Shown here piece by piece: positions 52,157-64,000 of a stretch of DNA of 64,000 bases. Where the stretch lies: NCBI RefSeq assembly GCF_036321535.1, contig NC_087437.1, forward strand, positions 46,626,001 through 46,690,000. Direction: 5' to 3'. Each line of letters begins with the position of its first letter. Within the stretch, counting starts at the first letter, position 1. The notes below the pieces were generated by a model that had not been told where the DNA came from, ran no database searches, and worked only from the letters and a program-made list of their open reading frames with translations. Made by a program: the position numbers and the translations under genes. Source of the stretch: Camelus dromedarius (Eukaryota).

Positions 52157-53857
52157 AAAGGTTTCAGTTTTAGATACCGTAGTGCAATGTACTCTAAAGT
52201 ATTGGTGAGAGGGTGGAATCATGACTCTCTCAACTCTTTCTTGCCCTGCGATTTGTCTTAGAACTTTCATAGGCTGTCATTGGTGTAACAGTTGAAAACA
52301 AACAGCACGTCTGTATCAAACTCTATTCTCTAGAAGGAGAAGCATATGAGACTAAGGACTGTTCTCCTTAATGGAGACTCTGTGACCAGGATGAGAGCCT
52401 TATATGTTCTCTTTACCATAACAGGACAAATAGACTTAGAGTTTCTGATCTCACATTAAAAAAAAAAATTTATATTTCCTCTAAGAACAACATTCTCTCT
52501 GTGCATGAGTGCTATCTCACATTTATTTTACTGGCAATGCATACAACTTCTGATGGGAACATTTATTTCTAGAATTAGTCTGACCAAATTATAAATGCCT
52601 CCAATGGAACAGCTTGTACTAATAAATAGATTTCCCTCTCACTTCAAAACCTACTGCTACAAGGTTTTTAAAGAGCATTTATCAGAAACCCCTAGACAAT
52701 CCTCCAACTTCAATTGAACCAATTAATTTTATGCAATGATAAATCTGAAGGAAGTCTCTTGACTGCCTCTCTGACACTTTATATCCTGTGATATTTTATT
52801 TTTAGCAATAAGTGATTGAGAGCAATAGACATGACTGTTTTTTAAAATGGTATGTGGGACTCCAACCTACATTTTTGTTAGCAGTACTCTTCTGTCTAAC
52901 ACCCACTCACACTTTGAAGTCTTACCTCACTGTGTCATAACAATGATATGTCATTCTTCATTTTAAAAAATCTGAGTAAGAAATCAGGTTATCTGGAGAA
53001 AAGGATTAAAAATACATATTACATAGTAGAGTTTTTGAATATTTTTATTAGCACACCTTAGCCATAAGCATTTTATTTGATTGGGCAGACAGACTTTAAA
53101 ACTTGAGACAAAATGTAGATTTTTTTTCACATTGACATTGACCCTCAAAGAACATAAGACAGTTTATTTTCAAGAATTTTTTAAATTAAAAAAATGTATT
53201 TGTCAAATAAATATTATATATCTGGTTCTGATGGGTGTCAGACGATGTAAAGTGTACTCATCTCCCTTAGATCTCTGCTGTTTGAGAATGGAATGCCTGC
53301 TGTTATTTTTCTTATTGGATTAGTAAGCAATTGTTAGTCAGCAACTCTTCCGTTTTGCTTTCAGCTCTTCAGGACTTACTTTATAAAAGCTATGGAACAT
53401 TTAAAACCAAAACTTTGATGGGGAAGCAGGATACTTTCTAAATATTCAGCCCTATAAAAATGTACAATACACAGTTACGGTCATCTGTGTGCATAACCAC
53501 CTACGTTTATTGCTTTTGCTCTGTTTCCACGGAAGAGATGTCTGTCCATCAGTATCAAACTAACTCCTCCACTGTAGATCTGAATCACATTTCTTCCCAC
53601 TAAAACTATCCCCAGCACATTTTTTCTCCTGTCTTTAATTGTTTCTCCTTATTAATATTTTCACCAACTCTCTTCAACATGTTCAAATTTCTCCTCAACT
53701 GAAGCCAAAAAAAGCGATTGATTCATTTTCTCTTTCCAGTCCACCCAATTTTCTCCTCTATTTTACAGCCAAGATTCTTGAAAGAGTACATTACACACTC
53801 TTTTCAACACCGCATGTATCATGTCCTGTTTCTTAAAACGTATTGCTTTTTATTGTA

Positions 53858-54388
53858 TTTTTTTCCAGCTTTATTGAGATATAGTTAACATAAAACATGG
53901 TGCAAGTTTAAAGTGTACATGGCAATGACTTGATACACTTTTATATTGAGAAATGATCAACAGAATAGGGTAAGTTAACATCTCCATTACCTCATATAGT
54001 TACTGGTTCTTTTTTTTATGGTGAGAGTACTTAAGATCTATCCTTAGCAACTTTCAAGTATGTCATACAATAATATTAACTATAATCACTAGGCTGTAGA
54101 AGATCCTCAGAACTTATTTGTCTTATGGCTGGAAGCTTGTACCCTTTGACTGACATCTTCCTGTCCCCCCACCCCCCACTATTCCACTCTGTTTCTAGGA
54201 GTTCAGCTTTTTTAGATTCCACATGCAAGTAATAGCATACAGTATTTTTCTTTCTCTGTCTGACTTAATTCACTTAGCATAATGCCTTCAAGGTCTATCA
54301 TGCCACAAATGGCAGGATTTCCTTCTTTCTCGTGGCTGAATAATAATCTATTTTATGTATATATATACATATACATTATATATATATA

Positions 54389-54423
<35 letters not shown>

Positions 54424-55410
54424 ATATATATATATAAAACAATTTCTTCATTCATCCATTGATGAATCCTTAAGTTGTTTTGGTATCTTGGCTATTGTGA
54501 ATAATGTTTCAATGAACATGGGAGTACAGAGAGCAATTTGAGATCCTGATTTCATTTCCAGTGGATATTTACCCAGAAGTGATATTGCTGGGTCATAAGG
54601 TAGTTCTATTTTTAATCTTTAAAGGAAACTTCATACTGTTTTCCATAGCGGTGACACCAATTTACATTCCCACCAAAAGTGTACAAGGGTTTCCTTTTCT
54701 CTACATCCTCAGCAACACTTGTTATCTCTTCTTTTTGATGAGGTATGAGGTGATCTCTCATTGTAGTTTTAATTTGGTATTCAATTCTGGGTTGACAATC
54801 TCTATATCTTTAAATACTGTTAAGATGTCACTCCATTGTCCTCTGGTTTGCTGTATTCTTATTTTTGTATTTCCCTGATGATTAGTGATGTTCAGCATCT
54901 TTTCATGTACCTGTTGACCATTTGTATATCTTCTTTGGAAAAATGTCTATTTAATTCCTCTGCCTGTTTTGTAATTGGATTGTTGTTGGTTTGTGTATTT
55001 TTTGTTTTTGTTTTGCTATTTAGTTGTATGAATATCTTATATACTTTGGATATTAACCTTTTATCAGATGTATGGTTTGTAAATATTTTCTCCCATTCCT
55101 TAGGTTGCCTTTCTATTTTGCTGATTGTTTCTTTTGCTGTGCAAAGATTTTTAGTTTGATGTAGTCCTGCTTTATCTTTGCTTTTGTGGCTCGTGATTTT
55201 GGTGTCATATCAAAAAGACTGTTGCCAAGATGCTGAGAAACATTTTCCCTGTGTTTCCTTCTAGAAGTTTTATGTTTTCAGGTCTTATGTTTAAGTCTTT
55301 AATGTATTTTGAATTAATGTTTGTAAGTGGTTTAAGATAGGGGTCCAATTTCATTATTCTACCTGTGAATATCCAGTTTGCTGTTGAGCATTTATTGAAG
55401 AGACTAGTTT
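53858..55410 (-). mobile_element. L1MA8/9-like 3' end and ORF2 C-terminal remnant
   Basis: CCAGCTTTATTGAGATATAGTT..AAGTTTAAAGTGTACA; TTTACATTCCCACCAA; AAATATTTTCTCCCATTC. Confidence 0.88.
54357..54436 (+). repeat. Compound (TA)n(CA)n(TA)n microsatellite
   Basis: Directly visible inside the L1MA. Confidence 0.9.
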
Positions 55411-55429
55411 TTTCTTGGGTTCACTGCAA

Positions 55430-57910
55430 AATATTATCTTCAACTGTCTTCTAAAGTTAATAAAATAAGAAAAATATTTTATATCTATACTCATTTTTAC
55501 CATTTTTAGTACTCCTCTTTACTTTGTATAAATCCAGTTTTTTATAGTACCAAACCTTCTGCCTGAAGAACTCCCTTTAATGCTGTTTCTGCCACAGGTC
55601 TTCTGGCAAAGAATTCTCTCTGCAGTTGTTGGCATGAAAGGAAAAAAACTTGTTTTATCTTTACTTTTGAAAAGTATTTTTATTAGGTATTCAGTTCTGG
55701 GCTGACAATCTCTATATCTTTAAATACTTTTAAGATGTCGCTCCATTGTCATCTGGTTTGCTGTATTCTTATTTTTGTTTCTTTGCATGTGATGTTTCTC
55801 TTTCCACTGTTTGCCTTCGAGATACTATTTTTCTTTTTCTTTCTTTTTAAGCAGTTTTACTATAGTATGGTGCGTGTGTGTGTGTCCTCTGATTCTTAGG
55901 TCTGTGTTTTGTTTTCTTCCTTTAATTTTGAAAAATTCTCAACCATTACCTCTTTAAATTTGTCTTCTACCCGATTCTGTCTCTCTTCTCCTTTTGGGAG
56001 AAGATGCACATGATACATGCATGTTAGGCTGGCTGATGTTGTCCTGTGGCTCTTAGATGCCCTGTTCTCTTTCTCTTTTTTTTTCTGTCCTTCCTTCCTT
56101 TCTCCCTCTATTTGTTTCTTTCTCTCTCTCTTTCTTTTCTTTCTTTTATTTTTTTCTTTCTTTCTTTCTGTTTCTTTCTTTCTCTCTTTCTTTTTTTTCT
56201 CTCTCTCTTTCTCTCTCTCTTTCTCTCCTGTTCTTTCTTTCTCTCTCTTTCTTTCCTTCATTCTTTCTTTCTTTCTTTTCTTTCTTTTTTCCTGCTCTCA
56301 TTCATTTCACTTTCCTTTCATTTTGGATCATTTGTATTTACCTATATTCTCATTCATTGGTTATTTTCCAGTAGCATCTGATCTGATAAGTTCTTTGAAG
56401 AAAATCTTCATCTTTGATGGTTTTCTTTTTTACTCACATGTACTTGACTTTTTAGAAAATTGTTTCTTTCTCTCTGCTGTAATTTTTATCTGTTCCTGTT
56501 TGTGATCTACCTTTCTACTACATACTTTAAAACATTAATCGTGGCTATTCTAAAGACCCATCTGACTAAATATCTGAGTCATTTCTCTGGTTTTATTAAT
56601 TGCTTTAACTGTTGAAAATGGATTTTTTCTTGCTTCAGTGTGTCTTATAGTTCTTGACTGAATGATTAACATTGTGACAAAGAGCTATAGAATCTGAGGT
56701 AAACAGCATTTATGCCAGTAAATAGTAACGCCCCCCTCCCCTGCCCCTCTCTACCTGCCTCTTCTTCAGTAAAGCTCTTGGTGAGGGGAGTGGATTTTGA
56801 TAGTTGAGCTGGGCTGATTCCTGGTATAGCACAGGATTCAGATCTTCCAGTTTTTTGCTTCCGTTAGCTTGTGCTTGGTGTGGTACCTGGGAAGTTGGAA
56901 GATCTTTCTCAATGTTCAAACTCTATTCTCAGGTTTTGGTAGTCCCTGCAGAGCTGTGCCACAGAGGGGGTTTCTATCCTGGCTCTTGTCCAGTGGTACA
57001 TGGTTTGTGCTTTTAATGCAGTGCTAGATTTGCCATGGGAGTAAGGCATTTTTGTTTTCCTGGTCAGTTTTAGGCAGAATTTGTGTGCCTGGGCCTCTGG
57101 GATTGAGTTTTTCCTCCAATCCTGCTCCTCTTTTGGGTGGTCTGAGGCACAGGTTTGCTGCTTTTCTTGCAGTAATAGCAGATCTCTTTTTCTGTGAAGA
57201 GTGTAGGATGCTAGGTTCACAGAGAAGGAGTTTTGCTTCTATTTCTACTCAGCAAAATGGATCTCAGGCTGGGCCCTCAGGCTGATCGGCTTCCTCACCC
57301 CTCTCCCAGAGGCAGACAGGTGTTACTTCTACCTCAGAAGCAGTGCATCTTTCCCCATGCCCTGGGAGCAAGGGCGTTTGTTTCCCCTCCCTAGCAGCTT
57401 GAGGCTTTTGTTTTATAGGAAAGAAGACTTCAGGGAAATGGGGACAGCCTTAGCCTGGTCATTAGCTGCTGCTCCTCACTCCCTTTCCGCCTGCTCCGCT
57501 GAGCGGGGCTCTACCTTGTCACGTGCCCTGCCTCCATTTTGTCAGGAAGCACCTGATGGAGGCCTGTGGAGAGAGAGTGTGAGTGAGTGTGAACTCCCTC
57601 TGTGGCTGGTTCTACCCGCTATTCTAAACTGAAACGTGGGGTCACATTTGGAATTAAGAGTTTGTAAAACTTTAGCTGATTTTTTTTTATCCACTTGTTT
57701 GTTGTATGACTCATACTCTGCCCAAGGGGAGTAAGCTTGTATGTCCTGGCTCTTTTCGGATGAGGCTTGTCCTTGTTTGGAGTTCAGTTTACTTGATTGT
57801 CTTGTGACTTCAGCTCTCTGGCGGGCTTATGAAAAATGATTATTTGTATATTATATGGCTTTTCTTAAGGTTAGGGGTGGAACACTGTTTTTCATCTTTC
57901 AACATCTTCA
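55430..57910 (-). mobile_element. Ancient L1M ORF1 and 5'UTR remnant
   Basis: CTTCTGCCTGAAGAACTCCCTTTAA, TTTGAAAAATTCTCAACCATTACCTCTTTAAAT; GC-richer 5'UTR-like tract at 56700-57900. Confidence 0.7.
56061..56320 (+). repeat. CT-rich low-complexity tract
   Basis: About 250 nt of near-pure pyrimidine (TTTC/TC units). Confidence 0.95.
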
Positions 57911-57963
57911 AGGAAAAGTAAGCTTTCAGCTAATGCCAGTACAATGAGAGGTGTACAACTAAC

Positions 57964-58086
57964 TTTTTTTCTATTGAAGTATAGTCAGGTTACAATGTGT
58001 CAGTTTGCGATGCACAGCGTAATGTTTCAGTCATACATATACATACATATATTTGTTTTCATATTCTTTTTCATTATAGGTTACTG
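57964..58086 (-). mobile_element. Short lineage-specific L1 3' tail
   Basis: Poly(T) followed by ATTGAAGTATAGTCAG.TTACAATGTGTCAGTTT..TTTCATATTCTTTTTCATTATAGGTTAC. Confidence 0.8.
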
Positions 58087-61044
58087 CATAACATAACAGA
58101 CTTTTAAAACGATGTTTTCACTACTTCCCTAGCCTCCTCCTCAAGCTTGTACTCCTCCTTTATTTAATGTTTTAGCAGAAGCTATGGAGCAACTGGCTTG
58201 TGGTCACTGGAGGAAGCCTCTGTGCCCTTGCACGGGCTGTGGGGTAGGAAAGACGTGAAGTTTGCAGTTCCTTAAATCTATTTTATTAAAAATGTAAAGA
58301 TTTAGTGTTTTCTTTCTCCTTTGACCAATATGGTAGATAGCCAGAGTATCATTCAAATGATAAATTAGGCAAGTGCAAAAAGGGAACAGATGGAAGAAAG
58401 CGCAGGAAAGATAGATGCTGACTCGGACTCACTTAGAAGAACTTGGGAAATGAAATTTCATCAGGTTAGGCAACTCTCTCTCTGTCACCTTGGCAAATGT
58501 GAGGGAAAGGGGTGGTTTGGTAGAATATGTCTCCAACCACAAAATATAACAGCTTTGAAGATTAAGATATCTGATACCCAGCTCCACAAATGTGGTGATA
58601 AATATAAGTGACATTTAGCCCTCTTAATAACATAAATAACACTCACAAATATGAAGCCAGATTTTCTGAAGAAAAATGTAAGCTTTGGGCTTTACACGGA
58701 TTTGTTAACTCTTTGTAACTAGACACGGAGGGCACTTGACTCTCCAAGCAGTATGTTAGTAGTTTGAATCGCGTGTCTGCCAAACCAGCTTGAATTAGGT
58801 GCCTGGTTGTGGATTTCCCTGCTAAATCATTTGGCATCTCCGCCACAATTTCTAAATATTGTAATGAGAGGTTCAAGTAAACATTCAGCTCAGCCTGAAA
58901 GCAAAGATCTTGAAGTGCAGCAGGAAGGCTGAGGGGCTACGTAGAGGGAAAAAGAGGGCAGTCCTACTTCTTTTCTAAGAAGATTTTATACATCAGAACT
59001 TCAGGTTACTTTTCGCACTGGCTGGGAAAGCCTTCAGCTTCTTCTTGGGTAGCCAGACTCTGTCACTGCCCCTTCAGGTGACTGCCTACTTACAACCCCT
59101 TCCGTGTGGAATGCTGGAACTTTGTCATCACCACAATTTCTATCTTCTCAATTAAGATTTGCTTCTGTTATAGCAAAACAACTTCTGTAAAAGAACCATC
59201 AATCCAAGAATATAGGTGTGAGCAAATTCTTCTTGGCAAAGTCATTTTTAATCATCAAAATGTTCCAGAGGAGTGATTCCTTTTCTAGGAATGTTCTGAA
59301 TATAGGCTCATATGAAGAGTTCTGTGTCTTTAAAGTGGAAGGGATTTATTGATCATTTAGTCTGTCCATTGCTGAGTATCCTTAGGAATGCTCACTCAAG
59401 CTTTATTTTGATGTGTTTTGCTATAAACTGACTTAAACCAATCTGGATATACACACATTGAGGCTTCTTTGCATGGGAATCAATAGCCATAATACTTGTA
59501 AGTAGAAGAGCATTAGACACCACTCTTGTACCATCTTTCTAAGTAACAGAAGCAAGCTTTCTAAGTAATTAAAAGTGGAATTCTTCTACAAACACAGTCA
59601 TGTATTAGCCAGCACACACAAAACAGCCCTGTAAACTCTGCCACATCTCAGCTTTATGTTCTCCTTTACAGTGCTAAGACCACACCTAGGATGAAAGATT
59701 CACGCCAGGCAAGTGCAGTGTTGCAGCAGCAGGACTCAGCGGGCTGCCCGGTCAGGCTCGGGCAACTAGTGTTTAGACAGAGGCCTCTGTAGGAAACAGA
59801 CGTGGGGCGCCTTTCTTAAAGGTAAATGTTTGGTTAGGTTTTAAAACTATAGTCTTGTGACAGAGTAAGTATTTCTAAAGTATTTTAGTATCTATTTTGA
59901 AAATCACTAATTTCAACAATGAAATCTTTCTAAACTTATTTGCTAACCCATAAAGTCTATGGTGTTGACCATCCAATATAGACGCCCAGAGCACTTGTAG
60001 TAGCCGCTTCTGGTCTGCGTCTCTTTGATTACGTCTTCACTTATCCTCATGTCAGATTATTCATCCCTCTGTTTCAGTAAATGTCTGTCAATGAAAATAG
60101 TAAAAGTGCATAAAAGGAAGGTTAATGGATGTCAGTCTGGGCAAAGGGAGATTGAGGTCCGTTGTTCAGAGTGGGATTTTACTGGTTTTTGTGAGCAAAC
60201 TGTACTTTTATGTTTTTCCTAGTACATGAGAAAGTCTTCGATTTTTGTAACCTCTGAACAATCTATAGAAATTAATATACGAGAATACCCTATATAGGCA
60301 GGAAAAAGTGGTAATTCTCCAGCCTAAAATTCCATTTGCAAGGAGAAGAGCATAAAGTATTATTCATTGTATAATTGTCTTCTACAGACCAACCTCCGTG
60401 AATCAACCTCAAAAAAACAAAAAACAAACAAACAAACGAAATGACCAAAACCAAAAAAATAAAACAAAAACAACCAAATCAGACCTGGAACTGTTTTGGC
60501 ACTTTATTTTAAAGAAAGAGACCTATTAAAGACTTGGTCAAAAGAGCCACCTTAAATTTTTTTTCCTCCATAAAAATTCAAATCAATTTCCTGTGTATGT
60601 ATCTGCAAGGACATACAAAAGTTGAAAAAAAAATAAGAAAACACTCAAAGAAAGATTTAATTGTGTTCATTACACTAAACTTACATAAGTCAGGATGTGG
60701 CTCAGCTTATTTTGAAACAATTTTTAGCACTAAAAGTTAAAACAAAAAGAAGCCTCTAGTTAACCTTCAATTAACCACAGCTGCCTGGCACTTTCTTATT
60801 AATCAAGATTTTACTCCTTTTTGCATTATTTTTATGACATTCAATTTTATTTGGTTTCTTCAGTGTATTTCTCAGAAGTGAAATTGCTCTACTTTATAGG
60901 TGAAAATCAAATCAAAACGTGAAAGGCTTCCTGTGTGACCTTCATAAAGTCATTTCCCTGAGGTTCTTTTCTTATTTTTAAAATGACAGTTATGAGGTCC
61001 CCTCCACTGTGCTGGAAGAGTGGAATAAAATTGTGCAGAGAAGC

Positions 61045-61270
61045 AGGATAGTGTTGAAAGGACTAAAGTTTTGGGGGCCAGATAGGCATGGTTCCCACCA
61101 AGTAGGAGCTGTCTGACATTAGGCAAGGTGTCAACCTCTCTGAGCCTCTGTTTCTTCATCAATAAAATAAAATAGGAATAAAATAAAAATATGAATCCTA
61201 ATTGGAATATTGCCATGTTAGATGAATTAATGCTTGTACAGGAGTTGGTATACGAAAGAGAAAAAGATAG
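61045..61270 (+). mobile_element. MIR SINE
   Basis: AGCTGTCTGACATTAGGCAAG..AACCTCTCTGAGCCTCTGTTTCTTCATC. Confidence 0.75.
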
Positions 61271-61271
61271 C

Positions 61272-61640
61272 TGCTATGGGTCTGAATGTTTGTGTCTCCC
61301 CTAAACTCATATGTTAAATCCTAATGACCAGTATAATAGTGTTTGGAGGGGATGCCTTTGGGAGGTGATTAAGTCATGAGGGCAGAACCTTCATAAATGA
61401 TATTAATGCCCTTATTAAAAAAAACCACAAAAACCCCTAGAATGATCCCTCACCCCTACTGCCATGTGAGATTACAGAAGAAGATTCAGTCTAGGAAGAA
61501 GGTTCTCACCAGACATCAAATCTGCTGGTGCCATGACCTTGCATTTTCCAGCCTCCAGAACTGTGAGAAGTGAAGGTCTTTTGTTTAAAAGGCCCCTTGT
61601 CTCTGGTATTTTGTTATAGCAGCCCAAATGGACCAAGGTG
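61272..61640 (+). mobile_element. MLT1A/MLT1A0-like MaLR solo LTR
   Basis: TGCTATGGGTCTGAATGTTTGTGTCTCCCC; GCCTTTGGGAGGTGATTAAGTCATGAGGGCAGAACC; TTCCAGCCTCCAGAACTGTGAGA; GGTATTTTGTTATAGCAGCCC. Confidence 0.9.
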
Positions 61641-61937
61641 GTGCTTGAGAGGAGACTTGACTACATGCGGAGGAGAACTAGCACTGGACCTGTGTGCTTT
61701 AATATTACTTTTTTGTCTCCTCTGGAAGTTTCTCTCTCTGTACTCAATGTCCGTATCTGTAATCATGTACTCTAAAACTATTTTCCCACGTGAAAAATTA
61801 TTAACCTTAAAAAAAGATTCCTGATCAAGGGTAAAGTTAAGATCTGAGGGACTTCACCCCATACTTTTTGTTTCTTTCAGAGAAATGGCAAAAGAATACG
61901 GGTGTTGGGAGAGAAAGTTGTACTTAACGTTCTAAAG

Positions 61938-62060
61938 CAGTGATTTCCAAACCTCTTTGCATCAAATTCAGCAGGGTAGCTCTTGAAAATTTCCAGATTC
62001 AGGGTCTCCACTTTGGACTCAATAAATCTGAAGAATATATCAATGAAATTTGTGTTTTCC
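61938..62060. mobile_element. MER5-like MITE (left part; target of later retro-insertions)
   Basis: CAGTGATTTCCAAACC..TGCATCAAATTCA..CAGATTCAGGGTCTCCAC. Confidence 0.55.
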
Positions 62061-62067
62061 AATAATA

Positions 62068-62492
62068 TTTTTTGTAATTGTGGTAAAATACACATACATA
62101 AAATTTACCATTTTAACCATTTCTCAGTGTAAATTTCAGTGGCATTAAGTACATTCATGTTTCGCATAGCCTTTAGCATCATCCATCTCCAGAACTCTTT
62201 GCACCTTGCAAAACTGAAATTCTAGGTCCTGTGAAATAACAACCCTTCATTCCTCCTTCCTCTGGCAACAATCATTCCTTTTTCTGTCTATGAATTTGAT
62301 GAGTTATTTTATACAGGTGTAATCATAAAATATTTGTTCCTTTGTGACTGGCTTACTTCACTTAGCATAATGTTTCCCAGATTCAGTCATGTTGTAGCCT
62401 GTGTCAGCATTTCCTTCCTGTTAAAGGCTGAATAATATCCCATTGTTTGTATATATCACATTTTGCTTATCCATTCATCCATGATTGAACAC
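62068..62492 (-). mobile_element. L1MB-like 3' end
   Basis: TTGTGGTAAAATACACATA.CATAAAATTTACCATTTTAACCATT..CAGTGGCATTAAGTACATTCA; AAGGCTGAATAATATCCCATTG. Confidence 0.88.
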
Positions 62493-62513
62493 TTCCCCAA
62501 GAGATTTTTCTTT

Positions 62514-62612
62514 AAATGTGGAATTATTTACAATGCATGTGTCATCCTTGTGCAGGTGTCGTGCGAATCTCTGATTGTTCCAATGTTAGTATGTGGTTGC
62601 CAAACCGAGCAC
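62514..62612 (-). pseudogene. RNU6: U6 snRNA retropseudogene (near full length, diverged)
   Basis: Reverse complement GTGCTCGGTTTGGCAACCACATACTAACATTGGAACAATCAGAGATTCGCACGACACCTGCACAAGGATGACACATGCATTGTAAATAATTCCACATTT aligns end to end with U6 (GTGCTCGCTTCGGCAGC...CCTGCGCAAGGATGACACGC...TTCCATATTTT); the ACAGAGA box is eroded. Confidence 0.92.
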
Positions 62613-62639
62613 TCCAAGTCTTTTGGAAGAAACTGACGA

Positions 62640-62896
62640 TGCAGTTTCTCCAGCTGCACATTGGTGGAACATTAAATCAATTTAATTGAGTGACCAGTAT
62701 TTTATAAAGACATAGAATAGAAAAAAATAGAACAAGTAAAAATTGTAATAATAAGTAAATATATTATATTATTTTAAAAATTTTGTTTCTGTATCTGTGT
62801 GTGTCTCTGGCAGGGGAGGGTGGTATGTGTGCTATGTGAGGACATAAAATGTATTTCTTGTAGTTGCTCTCAATCAAAACAGTGCTAAAGCCACAG
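62640..62896. mobile_element. Old hAT-Charlie-type MITE
   Basis: AAATCAATTTA..GTGACCAG, TAGAATAGAAAA, TAAAATGTATTTCTT..., end AAAGCCAC. Confidence 0.5.
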
Positions 62897-64000
62897 AATA
62901 TAGACTAAAGAACCAGAATATAGACTATGATTGGATGATAAGTAAATTAACGCAAAGTTCTAAGCTTGAAATATGCTGTAGGATTACAATAGTCATGATT
63001 TTACTTTGAATATATTCAAAATAAGAGAATGTGAAAAGAAAAAAAAGTGGAGAGCTGCCTTCAGTGAATTGATTTGGACTCCACAGCTCATCATGGAGGT
63101 CTGAAGGTTGCTTATTAATGAGTCATTTTCATAGCCCTGTATCAGGAGTTACATATGAATTTGGCTTCTCTCTGATACACTAAGCTCTTATAGACTCCAG
63201 AAGTAGATGAAGAATTGCTAACGGCAGTAATGAAGAGGTGCGAATGCCACCAGCAATTCAGGATTCCGTTCCAGCTCAGGAAACATACCACCAAAGTCAA
63301 AATTAATTTTCCCCCCTTTGGCATTTTTCTCAACCATATGTGGTTTTTAAATTATTGTGGTGACTTCTCTCACTTTATTGAAAATATACAGGATGTATTT
63401 ATCTAAGATAAATATGATTTTACTTGGTGTGTTTTCTGAAATAATAACACACAATATGCATCAGAAAATAAGGCAATTATATAATAATATAACTGTTTGT
63501 GAATTGTATTTGGTTCTGCCAGAATTTATGAAAGATATATGTTTAACAGATGTAAATGTTTATATTAGATCATATGGAACATAATCGTTCATCTGTCCTT
63601 TAAAGAAGTATGGAAATCTTGTTCATCACCAGGAGAGTCATCTCTGCACTGCTTCAGATGTTCAGTGTATGAGTCGCACCTCAAAACTTCTGTGAGTTGA
63701 CACTGACATTAATACAGGCAAACATAGTATTCCCGAGTAACCAAAGTTCATGCATTGTTTTAATTCACAGGGAAGATGGGGGGGAGGGGCAGACGAATAA
63801 TGGAAAGAGATAGGTAGATATATAGATGTTAATATAGCAAAATGGTACAGCTTACCTATGGAATTAAAATTCTAAAAAATATAGTAGAGACAGGCTTTTG
63901 ACACATAAGAATTATATACAGAACTATAAAACTTATACATTTATAAGAATACTTTATATTGTGTATCTTCATTGAGCTCAGCACTATGTGAAAAAGACCA

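Noticed and set aside
51926..55159. ORFs with L1-like peptide (EYYSAIEKNEILPFAATW) and antisense 105-107 aa ORFs
   Set aside because: Remnants or antisense frames of truncated L1 copies, not genes
55896..56505. Longest ORFs (105-162 aa, Phe/Ser/Leu- or Lys/Glu/Arg-rich)
   Set aside because: Artefacts of the CT low-complexity tract inside a decayed L1
63190..63406. Open frame TPEVDEELLTAVMKRCECHQQ...
   Set aside because: Weak acceptor, no clear donor and no recognisable homology
1..64000. CRISPR arrays, operons, tRNA/rRNA genes or a CpG-island promoter
   Set aside because: None seen; the sequence is repeat-rich mammalian non-coding DNA with no regularly spaced repeat-spacer array or CpG island

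Overview
AT-rich, CpG-poor mammalian genomic DNA (intergenic or deep intronic), dominated by decayed interspersed repeats: L1, L2, MIR, MaLR/ERVL LTRs, and hAT and Tigger MITEs. I find no supportable intact protein-coding gene. The supplied ORFs are chance frames, low-complexity tracts or repeat-derived. The repeat content points to an artiodactyl, probably a camelid (inference): a Tigger1 MITE, young L1 3' tails, and no Alu, Bov-tA/BovB, PRE-1, SINEC or ERE. Best-supported specific features: a fossil ERV-L-class pro-pol (RT, RNase H, integrase) at ~5.0-6.9 kb; a U6 snRNA retrocopy abutting an L1 3' end at ~62.5 kb; two tiny young L1 insertions with perfect target-site duplications (TSDs), one 5'-inverted; an unidentified ~450-bp retroposed RNA inside an L1MC; and a 93-bp templated insertion copied from 910 bp away. 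A few non-coding exon-like segments and an enhancer-like block are also noted. I do not see evidence for a novel multi-component biological system. Repeat subfamily names come from recalled consensus motifs, and boundaries are approximate unless a TSD or terminal inverted repeat (TIR) is quoted.
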